Source: Vicinamibacteria bacterium (GTDB lineage: Bacteria; Acidobacteriota; Vicinamibacteria; Vicinamibacterales; JAENWD01). Taken from it: a stretch of 64,000 bases of DNA. The stretch covers positions 234,826 to 298,825 of the forward strand of contig CAWDZE010000012.1 of assembly GCA_963806705.1 (NCBI GenBank). The letters are read 5' to 3'. Below the pieces are notes generated by a model. The model had not been told where the DNA came from, did no database searches, and saw only the letters and a program-made list of their open reading frames with translations. The number at the start of each line of letters is the position of its first letter. The stretch's first letter is position 1. A program made the position numbers and the translations under genes. Below are positions 1-9,213 of this stretch, one piece after another.

Positions 1-41
1 CACGGCACCAAGAAATCGACGACGGGACAGCGGGAGTGTCA

Positions 42-1403
42 TCAGGAATCTCCAAGCCGGCGCATGAGCCGCCCGGCGGTTGTGACGATGCGCCCTTCGA
101 CCGACGGGTCAAACGGTCCGGGACGGCCGTAGTAGATCATCGCGCCGCCGCCCTCGTAGCCGCCTTCCTGCAGCACCCGTCCCGAAGGGATGTAGCACGA
201 GACGTCGTTGCAGTACGCCGCCACCCACAATTGTGCGGAGCCGTGCTCGCGCCTCAGACGCAGAGCGTAGTCGGTCACGACTTCCCCACCGAGGGCCACA
301 AGGGTCAGCGCTCCAAGGCGCCAGATCTGGATGGGCTCGGCATGCGCGCGTTCGAGCGTGCCGTCGCGATTGAGGCGGTCGAGCATCAGCGTCGCGTGGC
401 GCCGGACGTAAACGTCCTGGGACTGCTGGCGCGCGAGCCATCCGGCCCGGTCGGGGACGTCGCCAAACGGCAACTCGACCAGTTCGAAGCCCGCGGAGAT
501 GTTGCCCTCGAGCGGGCGTGTACGGGCAATCGCAGCGGCGACAGCATCAGCCAGCGCGATCCCGTGCTGCTCGACCAGCGCCAGTGTCCCGCGAGGAGAC
601 GGGTTGACGTCGGCGCCGCAACCAGCCAGGAACATCGCCTGTGCTCCAGGGTAGCGCCGCTCGAGTTCGCCCTGCGCGACGCCGGCGTAGTCGCCGTGGA
701 ACTCGGTCATCGCGGCCTGCAGCGTCGTGTTGTGACACGCGAACCCGAACACGATGGCCAGGCTGCGACTGTCCGGTCCCATCACGCGCAGGACCGGCAC
801 GGCCTGGTCCACCGGGCCGGGCGGCAGGAACTGAGTTCGCCGGTTGGCGCCAAACGTCGCGCGGCCCTCGCCATATGTCACTTCGGCCGGTTCGAGCCGT
901 TCGAGCGCGGCGCCGACCAGCCGGGCAATCGTCGACTCCAGCGACGCGGTATATGCGGCAATCGCGCTGCGTTGAGCGGCGTCGAGGTCGTACGCCACCG
1001 ATAACTGGTCGTCGACCACGGGGCCGCAATGCGTGTGGCTGGCCGCCAGCATCCAGGCCTCGGTCTCGAGGCGGTGTGTGCGCGACAGCGTGGCGCCGAT
1101 GCGCTGGCGCATCGCAGCCGTGACACCGAGCAGGTCGACCGTGACCAGCGCGAAGCGCCGCCCGTCGCGCTCGAGGCCAAGCGCCTTGGCGTGAAGCGGC
1201 ATCGCCGTGCCGGTGGCAGCGTGCGTACGTGCCGCAAAACCCGCCATCCACAGCCCGGGTGCCGGCGTGATGTCGGCCGATGCGACGCCGGCGCGCCAGG
1301 CGGGCTGCGCGCGTACGCCCCGGGCGGAGGTGGCGGCAACCGCGGCGGCACGAGCGAGGAAATCACGTCGGGATAGCACCGTGGTGGATAGTAGCAACTT
1401 CAC
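42..1403 (-). CDS. Tat-exported neutral/alkaline ceramidase-like hydrolase
   Basis: ORF 42..1553(-). Probable GTG start at 1403, just before the twin-arginine motif SRRDFLARAAAV. The body (ADITPAPGLWMAGFA, ASHTHCGP) resembles non-lysosomal ceramidase-like proteins. The first ~50 codons of the track ORF read through a heptamer repeat and are discounted. Confidence 0.55.
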   Translation of the reverse strand: MKLLLSTTVLSRRDFLARAAAVAATSARGVRAQPAWRAGVASADITPAPGLWMAGFAARTHAATGTAMPLHAKALGLERDGRRFALVTVDLLGVTAAMRQRIGATLSRTHRLETEAWMLAASHTHCGPVVDDQLSVAYDLDAAQRSAIAAYTASLESTIARLVGAALERLEPAEVTYGEGRATFGANRRTQFLPPGPVDQAVPVLRVMGPDSRSLAIVFGFACHNTTLQAAMTEFHGDYAGVAQGELERRYPGAQAMFLAGCGADVNPSPRGTLALVEQHGIALADAVAAAIARTRPLEGNISAGFELVELPFGDVPDRAGWLARQQSQDVYVRRHATLMLDRLNRDGTLERAHAEPIQIWRLGALTLVALGGEVVTDYALRLRREHGSAQLWVAAYCNDVSCYIPSGRVLQEGGYEGGGAMIYYGRPGPFDPSVEGRIVTTAGRLMRRLGDS

Positions 1404-1413
1404 CTGGGAGGGT

Positions 1414-1483
1414 GATATACGATTGCAGATTGCAGATTGCAGATTGCAGATTGCAGATTGCAGATTGCGGATATGCGGATTGG
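1414..1483. repeat. Heptamer tandem array: 6 perfect GATTGCA units plus degenerate units
   Basis: Read directly: gatatac (gattgca)x6 gattgcg gatatgcg gattgg. It fills 70 of the 83 bp between divergent starts at 1403(-) and 1487(+). Confidence 0.95.
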
Positions 1484-1486
1484 CCG

Positions 1487-2827
1487 ATGCCCCATCGACG
1501 AGCGTTTCTGAAGGGCCTTGCGGGTACTGCGCTGGCGACGGCCGCCTCGTCAAGACGCGTAGCCGGCGCCAACGATCGCGTGCGCGTCGGCTTCATCGGC
1601 ATCGGATTGATCGGGCGGCGGCACCTCCTGGACTTTCAGGCGCAGGCGGATTGCGAAATCGCGGGGATCTGCGAGGTCTCGGATGAACGGCGGGACGACG
1701 GCGTCACGACCGCGGACAACCGGCCGGCGGCCTTCGAAGACTTCCGCCGGATGCTCGACCGGCCGGACATCGATGCCGTGGTCGTCTCGACGCCAGACCA
1801 CTGGCACGCCCTGATGACGATGATGGCGTGCGCCGCCGGCAAGGACGTCTACGTCGAGAAGCCCCTGACACATGTCCTCCGTGAGGGCGAGTGGATGGTC
1901 GACGCCGCGCGCCGTCATCGGCGCGTGGTCCAGGTTGGGACGCAGCAACGGGCGGGCGCGCACTACCAGCGCGCAAGACAGCTGCTGCGTCAGGGCCACA
2001 TCGGCGAGATCCGCGCGGCGCGCGTCAGCACGGCACGCAACATACTGCCGGGGTTCACCCTTCCGGTCGGCAAGCCCTTGTCGCCCGCGCAGTGGGACAT
2101 GTGGCTTGGCCCGGCGCCGGCGGTGCCCTACGAGCCCACGCGCGGGCTCTATCACTTCCGGTGGTTCTGGGACTATTCCGGGGGTCAGACGACGAACCTG
2201 CTGGCGCACGAGGTGGACATCGTGCAGTGGGTGACCGGCCAGGTGCCGCGGCGCGTCGCGGCGTTTGCGCAACGCCGGTCGCTCACAGGCATCGGCGAAA
2301 CCCCTGACCTCTTCGAGGGCATCTTCGAGTACCCGGAATTCCTGTTGAACTGGTCGAGCCGGGAAGTCGCCGCTGGCGGCCGTGACGGACTCGAGATCTA
2401 CGGCACCAAGGGCACGCTGGCCATCAACCGTCGTGGGTTCGAGATCCTGCCCGATGCGTTGCTGACGCCGGAGTCGCAGATTCCACGATTCACCGGCCCC
2501 GTGGCGGCCCCGGACACGCCGGCACCGCGATGCGAGGCAGTCAAGGATGTCGGGTACGAGCAGGTGCGCGACCAGTTCCGCCCGCACGTCAGGAACTTCC
2601 TCGACTGCGTGAAGTCGCGGCAGGCGCCGCTGGCCGATCTCGACAGCGCGCACCAGACGTCGATCGCCTGCCATCTGGCCAACATCGCCATGCGCACGGG
2701 CCGCGTGATTCAGTGGGATCCGGCCGCCAACGACATCGTAGGCGATGCAGCCGCGTCTGCCCTGCTGACCAAGACGTATCGTGCGCCGTGGGACCAGCAA
2801 CTGCGCGCCGCCATGGGGTCGGCGTGA
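1487..2827 (+). CDS. Tat-exported Gfo/Idh/MocA family oxidoreductase
   Basis: ATG at 1487 precedes the Tat motif HRRAFLKG. Rossmann motif VGFIGIGLIGRRH and the EKP motif (YVEKPL) are present. The stop overlaps the next start (TGATG at 2825-2829). Confidence 0.85.
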   Translation: MPHRRAFLKGLAGTALATAASSRRVAGANDRVRVGFIGIGLIGRRHLLDFQAQADCEIAGICEVSDERRDDGVTTADNRPAAFEDFRRMLDRPDIDAVVVSTPDHWHALMTMMACAAGKDVYVEKPLTHVLREGEWMVDAARRHRRVVQVGTQQRAGAHYQRARQLLRQGHIGEIRAARVSTARNILPGFTLPVGKPLSPAQWDMWLGPAPAVPYEPTRGLYHFRWFWDYSGGQTTNLLAHEVDIVQWVTGQVPRRVAAFAQRRSLTGIGETPDLFEGIFEYPEFLLNWSSREVAAGGRDGLEIYGTKGTLAINRRGFEILPDALLTPESQIPRFTGPVAAPDTPAPRCEAVKDVGYEQVRDQFRPHVRNFLDCVKSRQAPLADLDSAHQTSIACHLANIAMRTGRVIQWDPAANDIVGDAAASALLTKTYRAPWDQQLRAAMGSA

Positions 2828-3894
2828 TGACGACGCCGACACGTCGTGAGTTCCTCTCTGCCATAGCGGCCGGGGCAGCGTTGCCCGTAAGCCGCCAGGC
2901 CAGTGCCTCCAGAACGCATATGTGCCTTGCCTACACGTCGTTTGCCGTCCGCATGCTGCAGGGACGCGACATCCTGAAGAGCACGGCCGCGGCCCTTCCA
3001 GCTGAAGGCCTGCTGGATCTCACCGAGCGGTTCTGGGCCGGAGGCGCCCAGGTCGATCTGTCGCAACTGGAATCGCACGATCCGGCCTATCTCGCGCGCG
3101 TGCGTGCACGAGCCGAGAAGGCCGGGCTGTGGCTCGAGCTGTCGGTGCCATCGAAGTATCTCGAGAGCGCCGATGCCTACGCCCAGATGGCGGGCGTCGC
3201 GCAGGCGCTTGGCGTCGATCGCATTCGTGTCGCGCTGCTCTACGGCCGGCGCTACGAGAGCTTTGCGACGCTGGCCGCCTGGACGGCACACGACGGCAGG
3301 TGGCGGGCTCAGCTTGCGGCGATCAAACCTGTGATCGAGCGGTACCCCGTCCGCGTGGGCATCGAGAACCACAAGGACTTCACGTCGCGCGAGCTGGCCG
3401 AGCTGCTGACCTCGCTCGGCAGCGCGAAGATCGGCGCGTGCGTGGACTTCGGCAACAACATCTCGCTGCTCGAGGATCCGCTCGACACGGTCCGCACGCT
3501 GGCGCCGTTTGCGGTGACCACGCATCTCAAGGACATGGCGGTCCGGCAGTCGCCTGACGGCTTCGAGCTCTCGGAAGTGCCGCTCGGCGAGGGCATCGTG
3601 CCGCTGGCCGAGGCCATCAAGCTCGTGAAGGCCGCGCGTCCCGATGCGCGGCTGGCACTCGAGATGATTACGCGCGATCCGCTGTCGGTCCCGTACCGGA
3701 CCGACAAGTACTGGATCGCCGTCAACCGTCCATCGCCAGAGGCCCTGGCGCGCTTCGAGGGCGACGTGCTTGGCAAGGCATGGAAAGACCCGTTGCCGCA
3801 CATCTCGCAGCTGACCAAACCGCAGCAGGTCGAGGCGGAAGACGAAAACGTGCGCCGAAGCGTCAAGTACGCGAAGGACGTGTTGCACCTGTAG
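2827..3894 (+). CDS. Tat-signal xylose-isomerase-like TIM-barrel protein (sugar phosphate isomerase/epimerase family)
   Basis: ATG at 2827 with [16 protein letters not shown]. Family-like segments include IENH, DFGN and HLKD. Translationally coupled to the upstream oxidoreductase. Confidence 0.8.
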   Translation: MTTPTRREFLSAIAAGAALPVSRQASASRTHMCLAYTSFAVRMLQGRDILKSTAAALPAEGLLDLTERFWAGGAQVDLSQLESHDPAYLARVRARAEKAGLWLELSVPSKYLESADAYAQMAGVAQALGVDRIRVALLYGRRYESFATLAAWTAHDGRWRAQLAAIKPVIERYPVRVGIENHKDFTSRELAELLTSLGSAKIGACVDFGNNISLLEDPLDTVRTLAPFAVTTHLKDMAVRQSPDGFELSEVPLGEGIVPLAEAIKLVKAARPDARLALEMITRDPLSVPYRTDKYWIAVNRPSPEALARFEGDVLGKAWKDPLPHISQLTKPQQVEAEDENVRRSVKYAKDVLHL

Positions 3895-3914
3895 GGGCGC
3901 ACCAGGAGTTCCCA

Positions 3915-4685
3915 TTGTCGGTTCTTGATTCCTTTCGTCTCGACGGCCGCCGCGCGCTGATTACCGGCGGCAGCCGTGGGCTCGGCCGGGTCATGGCCCA
4001 GGCGCTGGCCGAGGCCGGAGCGGATGTCGCCATCACCAGTCGATCCGAAGAAACGGCCGCCGCGGCGGCAGCGGAAATCGCCGGCGCCACGGGCCGCACG
4101 GTGCGCGGCTATGCCGCCGACGTGCAGGTCAGCCAGGACATCACGCGGTTGGCCGAGGAGCTCCAGACGACCTTCGGTTCGGTGGACATCCTCGTCAACA
4201 ATGCCGGCATCAACGTCCGCGGCCCCAGCGACCAGCTGGCCGAGGCCGACTGGGACGCCGTCATCGACACCAACCTGAAGGGGCCGTTTCTCTGTGCGCG
4301 TGTGTTCGGCCCGCTGATGGCGGCGCGCGGTTGGGGGCGCGTGATCAACCTCGGATCGATCCTCAGCGTGATCGGACTGCCGGGACGGGCGCCGTATGCC
4401 GCCTCGAAGGCAGGCATCGTCAATCTCACACGCGTGCTGGCGCTCGAGTGGGCGGACCGCGGCGTCACGGTGAACGCCATCTGCCCCGGGCCGTTTGGAA
4501 CCGAGATGAACAAGCCGCTGCTCGAGGATCCCGAGAAGTTCAAGGCCTTCGTCTCGAAGATCCCGATGGGGCGCTGGGGCGACCTGCACGAGATCGCCGG
4601 CGTCGCCGTGTTCCTCGCCTCTGATGCGTCATCGTTTGTCACCGGCAGTTCGGTGTTCGTCGACGGCGGCTGGACGGCGCAATGA
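3915..4685 (+). CDS. SDR family oxidoreductase (gluconate-5-dehydrogenase-like)
   Basis: TTG start at 3915 lies 6 nt after an AGGAG. Motifs: [17 protein letters not shown]. Overlaps the next gene by ATGA. Confidence 0.85.
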   Translation: MSVLDSFRLDGRRALITGGSRGLGRVMAQALAEAGADVAITSRSEETAAAAAAEIAGATGRTVRGYAADVQVSQDITRLAEELQTTFGSVDILVNNAGINVRGPSDQLAEADWDAVIDTNLKGPFLCARVFGPLMAARGWGRVINLGSILSVIGLPGRAPYAASKAGIVNLTRVLALEWADRGVTVNAICPGPFGTEMNKPLLEDPEKFKAFVSKIPMGRWGDLHEIAGVAVFLASDASSFVTGSSVFVDGGWTAQ

Positions 4686-4996
4686 TCGTCAAGGCGTTCC
4701 GCATGCGGGTGCACCCGGCTCACGTCGCCGAGTACGAGCGGCGCCACAATCCAATCTGGCCCGAGCTCGAGGCGGTGCTCAAGGCGCATGGCGTCCGCCG
4801 CTATTTCATTTTCATCGACGACGCCACGGCCGATCTGTTCGCCTACGCGGAAATCGAGAGCGAAGAGCGGTGGCAGGCCATCGCCCGCACCGAGGTCTGC
4901 CAGCGGTGGTGGCAATCGATGCAAGCCTTGATGCCGTCACACGACGACGGCAGCCCCGAGAGTCGCGGCCTGCGACAGGTGTTCGAGTTGGGCTAA
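4682..4996 (+). CDS. rhaM: L-rhamnose mutarotase
   Basis: 104 aa. Near-collinear with E. coli RhaM as I remember it ([29 protein letters not shown]). Confidence 0.9.
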   Translation: MIVKAFRMRVHPAHVAEYERRHNPIWPELEAVLKAHGVRRYFIFIDDATADLFAYAEIESEERWQAIARTEVCQRWWQSMQALMPSHDDGSPESRGLRQVFELG

Positions 4997-5050
4997 CCGA
5001 AGGGCATCGGCCGCCTGACCCCCACTGCTCTCCTGCTCCTGGGGGTTGCC

Positions 5051-5109
5051 GCGCGCAATTGTCGAGAGGCTCAGCTTCCGTAATCGTCGATCTTCAATCG
5101 TCAATTCAC
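5051..5109. repeat. Heptamer-family element (GCGCGCAATT core plus AATCGTC-type units)
   Basis: gcgcgcaattgtcgag ... aatcgtc gatcttc aatcgtc aattcac. The mltF-like stop (tca at 5101-5103) lies inside it. Confidence 0.8.
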
Positions 5110-6585
5110 AGCGCCCTTGGCCTGCGCCCTCTCTTTCATCTCATCCATCGTCAGCGAGTACGCGACGTAGTACTTGTAGATGTTGCTGACGTAAGTGACC
5201 GTCTCCCGGCCAACCTTCTCGGCCACCACGCGTTCGACGTTGTTGAACCAGATATTGGGGTTCAGGCCGCGCTTTTCGGTCTCCTGTCGCAAACTGCGAA
5301 TCCGCCCTGGACCGGCGTTGTACGCCGCAAAGGCCATCAGGCCCTTGTTCACGCGGTCCATCTCGTTACCCGGGAAGTACGTGTCGATCAGGCTCCGCAT
5401 GTACTTCACGCCGCCCCGGATGTTGGGCTCCAGCTGCTTGATGTCGCCGACCTGCAGCTGCTTTCCGGTGGCGGGCATGATCTGCATCACCCCGATGGCG
5501 CCCACGTGGCTCTTGGCCTTGTGGTCGAGGCGCGATTCCTGATAGCCCTGCGCGATCATCAGCAGAAAATCCATGTCGTACTCGTCGCCGTACTTGCGGA
5601 ACAATTCGACCAGCGCGCGAAACTTCTTGAGTTCCGCTTCCGACGTCGCGTCCTTGACGAACTTGGTGCTCTGCAGGTACCTGCGGAACTGGATGTTGCC
5701 AAACTCCGTGCCGGACCCGAACTTCGCGACGCCCTCGTTGAGTTGCGCCAGCAGCTTCGGACTGTTCTTGCGCACGACCCAGCCCAGGTCTGCGCCCTCG
5801 CGCAACGCAATCTTGTCGTGCACCGTGATTGACGGCAGCACCATCTTCCAGAACTTCGCGGCGAAGTCCAGGACGACCGTAGCTTTGATCAACCCTGCAT
5901 TGACCATCTCGAGGATGTCCTCGTCCTCGAGCGCTGGCGGCAGCGCCTTGATCGTGACCGGCGCCTTCCCGCTCTTCCTCAGCGACACATTGAGCGCCTC
6001 CAGACTCTCCGCGTAGATGCTCGGCACCCGAACACCGACAATCTTGCCCGACAGGTCCTCCTTCGTCGTCACAATCGAAGCGCCCGGGCCGGTGACGAGC
6101 ACTTCCGTCACTCCACGCCAGGTGGGCACCGTGAAGTCGACCAGTTTCCGGCGTTCCGGGGTGATGGTGACCGGCGCGGCGATCATGTCGCCACGGCCCT
6201 CGATGAGCGACTCGTACAGCTGATCGCGCGAGGTCGGGATCATCACCACGTTGATCTTTTCCGACGGACCCGTCTTCAGCTGGGCGTTGATCACGGTCTC
6301 GAGCTTCATGCCCGCCTCGTACGCGAGACCTCGCTGCACCCCCTTGTCGATGAAATAGTGCGTCTTGTTGTACGGCGTGAGCAGCCGGATGAGCCGGCGC
6401 TTGATCATCCCGTCGAGGTCGCCAGTGAAGGGCCGCTCGACGACTACGAGGTCGCTTGTCGGCGCGGCGGGCTTTGCCGGAGCGGGCTTTGCCGGGGCGG
6501 CCTGCGCCGCGGCGAGCCGCGGCAGCGCGAGCCCGAGTGCGGCGACAATGAACAGGGATGCGCAACGGCTGAGCTGGATGGTCAT
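5101..6585 (-). CDS. MltF-like lytic transglycosylase (solute-binding domain plus SLT domain)
   Basis: Start at internal ATG 6585 (MTIQLSRCASLFIVAALGLALP signal peptide). C-terminal SLT motifs: QESRL, GVMQIMP, AYNAGPG. Confidence 0.8.
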   Translation of the reverse strand: MTIQLSRCASLFIVAALGLALPRLAAAQAAPAKPAPAKPAAPTSDLVVVERPFTGDLDGMIKRRLIRLLTPYNKTHYFIDKGVQRGLAYEAGMKLETVINAQLKTGPSEKINVVMIPTSRDQLYESLIEGRGDMIAAPVTITPERRKLVDFTVPTWRGVTEVLVTGPGASIVTTKEDLSGKIVGVRVPSIYAESLEALNVSLRKSGKAPVTIKALPPALEDEDILEMVNAGLIKATVVLDFAAKFWKMVLPSITVHDKIALREGADLGWVVRKNSPKLLAQLNEGVAKFGSGTEFGNIQFRRYLQSTKFVKDATSEAELKKFRALVELFRKYGDEYDMDFLLMIAQGYQESRLDHKAKSHVGAIGVMQIMPATGKQLQVGDIKQLEPNIRGGVKYMRSLIDTYFPGNEMDRVNKGLMAFAAYNAGPGRIRSLRQETEKRGLNPNIWFNNVERVVAEKVGRETVTYVSNIYKYYVAYSLTMDEMKERAQAKGAVN

Positions 6586-6783
6586 AGGCGTTCGTCGGAC
6601 GTCGGATTCCTCGTTTACGCTGGCAAATGACAGCTGGAAGGGCCAGCTCGGCAACAATCTTAACAAGGATTTAACACGGATCGCCATTTCTTCGCATCTG
6701 AGTGCCACACGCGCGTTGGCCGTGCAGCACTCGGCGGTCACCGCGGTGCCTGGAGGGGGACGCCGTCGTCGATCTCAGGCGCC

Positions 6784-7806
6784 CTAGACACGGCTCTCAC
6801 CTACCGACACGAGAATCTTGCCTACCGCTTGCGGCGCGGCGGCCCATCGCCCCAGCATCGCCGGCGCCTCGTCGAGCGATACGCGGTGCGTGACGAGCGC
6901 GCGTGGATCGACCGCTCCCGATTCAAAGAGGGCGACCACGGCCGCCAGCTCGTCGGTCGCGTTGCGCGAGCCGAGGATCGCCACTTCCTTCAGCACGATG
7001 AGCCGCGCTTCGAGCGGCACCTCGCCTTTCAGCCACCCCACGCAGCCGATACGTCCGCACGGCGCCACCAGGTCGAGCGCGAGGCGGTACGTGGAAGGCG
7101 ATCCGACCGCCTCGATCACCACGGAGGGACCGTCGCCGCCGGTGAGGCCGTACACCTGTCCGGCCACGTCACCTCGCCCGTCGACGACCTCGGCGGCGCC
7201 TAGTCGACGGGCCTGCTCGAGCTTGTGCTCGTCAAGGTCCAATCCGATGACTCGCGCCCCTCGTGCCGCCGCGGCGGCAATGGCGCCGGCGCCAACGCCG
7301 CCACAGCCGAGCACGAGCACGGTGTCCGAGGACGTGACCTCCGTACGCCTGACCGCGTGCATGCCGATCGAGAACGGCTCGACCAGCGCGAGCACATCGA
7401 GCGGCAGCGACGACGACGGCACGAGGCGGCCCGCCGGCACCGCGGCGAACTCGGCCAGCGCGCCGTCACGCTGGACGCCAAGCGTCTGGTTGTTCCGGCA
7501 GGCATTGGGGCGGCCCAGCCGGCACGCAGGGCACGCCCCGCAGTTCTTGTAAGGACTCACGGCCGCCGCAACGCCCCGCCACGCACTGTCGACGCCGGGT
7601 CCGAGATCGACGACCCGGCCGGAGATCTCGTGACCGATAACGCGCGGATATTCGACCAGCGGGTTGCTGCCGAGGAAGGCGCTCAGGTCGGTGCCGCACA
7701 GGCCGGCAAAGGCCACCTGCAGCAGCACTTCGCCGGGACCGGCGACCGGATGCGCCCGCTCCACTATCAGCGCCAGCCCTGGACCATCGATTGACAGCGC
7801 CTTCAT
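6784..7806 (-). CDS. Zinc-dependent alcohol/polyol dehydrogenase (MDR family)
   Basis: Motifs GLCGTDL, GHEISG, a CGACPACR structural-zinc loop and LVLGCGGVG. Confidence 0.85.
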   Translation of the reverse strand: MKALSIDGPGLALIVERAHPVAGPGEVLLQVAFAGLCGTDLSAFLGSNPLVEYPRVIGHEISGRVVDLGPGVDSAWRGVAAAVSPYKNCGACPACRLGRPNACRNNQTLGVQRDGALAEFAAVPAGRLVPSSSLPLDVLALVEPFSIGMHAVRRTEVTSSDTVLVLGCGGVGAGAIAAAAARGARVIGLDLDEHKLEQARRLGAAEVVDGRGDVAGQVYGLTGGDGPSVVIEAVGSPSTYRLALDLVAPCGRIGCVGWLKGEVPLEARLIVLKEVAILGSRNATDELAAVVALFESGAVDPRALVTHRVSLDEAPAMLGRWAAAPQAVGKILVSVGESRV

Positions 7807-8006
7807 TCAGGGCGCTCCGCCAGCCGGGCGCGGAGAATCCGTGCGATGTCGTCGAGCGCCTGAACGATGCGATCGGACACCGCCGTGCGTTCCTCGGCGG
7901 TGAGCGCCGTGAGCAGGCTGTGCATTTCGGGAGTCCGGCTGCGGACGCCCAGCGAAATCAGCCGGCCAGACGTGTCGTCGAGATACCGCTCGTGTTCGAT
8001 GACCAT
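7803..8006 (-). CDS. Small hypothetical protein (67 aa), translationally coupled to the dehydrogenase
   Basis: ATG preceded by GAGGG. High GC3 codon pattern. ATGA overlap with the downstream ADH start. No family recognised. Confidence 0.4.
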   Translation of the reverse strand: MVIEHERYLDDTSGRLISLGVRSRTPEMHSLLTALTAEERTAVSDRIVQALDDIARILRARLAERPE

Positions 8007-8065
8007 CGTGACCCTCGATTCTATGCCCGCCGAGCGCGACTTTGTGATATCTCCTGCCCACCCAC

Positions 8066-9208
8066 ATGATCAGGCTTTTCACCGGCTTTCTGCTGGTGGC
8101 GCTCGGCCTCCAGCTTCCTTCGACCCCTGACGTGGCGTTCCGCACGGTCGATGTCCAGCGGGACTGGGGCGTCGTCTACGCCGTCCGGGTCGCCGACGTC
8201 AACGCCGACGGCCGGCTCGACATCGTGGCCATCAACCCGTCGCAGCTCGCGTGGTTCGAAAACCCGGGCTGGCACCGGCACGTCATCGTGGACGGCGCCG
8301 TGCCACGCGACCACGTGACCATTGCCGCCCATGATGTCGACGGCGACGGCCGCGTGGAGATCGCGCTCGGCGCGGGATGGAATCCTCGCAACACCGCCTC
8401 GGGCGGCGAACTGTTTCTCGCGACGCGCAGCGAGGCCAGCGGCACCAGACCCTGGACACTTGCGCCGCTTGGCGCGGAGCCGACGCTGCATCGCATCCGC
8501 TGGGCGACGATTGACGGAGGCGCCCGCCTCATCGTCACGCCGCTCCATGGGCGCGGCACCGCGGCGCCCGCGTGGGACGGCGTCGGCGCGCGCGTGTTCG
8601 CGCTCGCCCCTCCCGTCGCGGACACGAAGGACTGGAGGACCGAAGCAATCGACGACACGCGCCACATCCTCCACAACTTCCTCGTCGTGAACTTTGACGG
8701 GCAATCCGGCGACGAGCTCGTTACGGCCAGCCGCGAAGGATTGACGCTGCTCACGCGCGGACCTGGAGGCGCATGGTCGCGTCGACTGCTCGCCGAAGGC
8801 GCGCCAGGGGAGGTAGCGCTGGGACGCGTCGGAAAGCGCCGCGTGTTCGGGACTGTCGAGCCATGGCACGGCACCGCCGTCGTCAGCTACATGGAAGGGG
8901 CGGACACCTGGACGCGCACGGTCATCGACGAGGCGATCACCGGCGGGCATGCGGTGGCCTGGGCCGACTTCGACGGCGACGGCGACGACGAGCTGGTCGC
9001 GGGCTGGCGGGACGGCGCCTACGGGCTCGCGCGCTACCGTCTCGGCAACGATGGCCGGCTGGCAGCCCGCCACGTGATCGACCGCGGCGTCGCGGTCGAG
9101 GATCTGGTTGTCGCGGACATCAACGCGGACGGCCATCCCGACATCGTCGCGGGCGGCCGGACCACGGGCAACATCCGCCTCTTCATCAACGAGCGGGCGG
9201 GACGGTGA
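8066..9208 (+). CDS. FG-GAP/VCBS repeat protein with signal peptide
   Basis: Repeated DxNxDGxxDIV-type motifs: VADVNADGRLDIV, HDVDGDGRVEIA, FDGDGDDELV, ADINADGHPDIV. Confidence 0.7.
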   Translation: MIRLFTGFLLVALGLQLPSTPDVAFRTVDVQRDWGVVYAVRVADVNADGRLDIVAINPSQLAWFENPGWHRHVIVDGAVPRDHVTIAAHDVDGDGRVEIALGAGWNPRNTASGGELFLATRSEASGTRPWTLAPLGAEPTLHRIRWATIDGGARLIVTPLHGRGTAAPAWDGVGARVFALAPPVADTKDWRTEAIDDTRHILHNFLVVNFDGQSGDELVTASREGLTLLTRGPGGAWSRRLLAEGAPGEVALGRVGKRRVFGTVEPWHGTAVVSYMEGADTWTRTVIDEAITGGHAVAWADFDGDGDDELVAGWRDGAYGLARYRLGNDGRLAARHVIDRGVAVEDLVVADINADGHPDIVAGGRTTGNIRLFINERAGR

Positions 9209-9213
9209 CCGAC

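Noticed and set aside
1414-1483. The possibility that the tandem arrays (7-, 8- and 10-mers) are CRISPR arrays.
   Set aside because: The units are only 7-10 nt, lie directly head-to-tail with no spacers, and no cas genes are present. They are not CRISPR.
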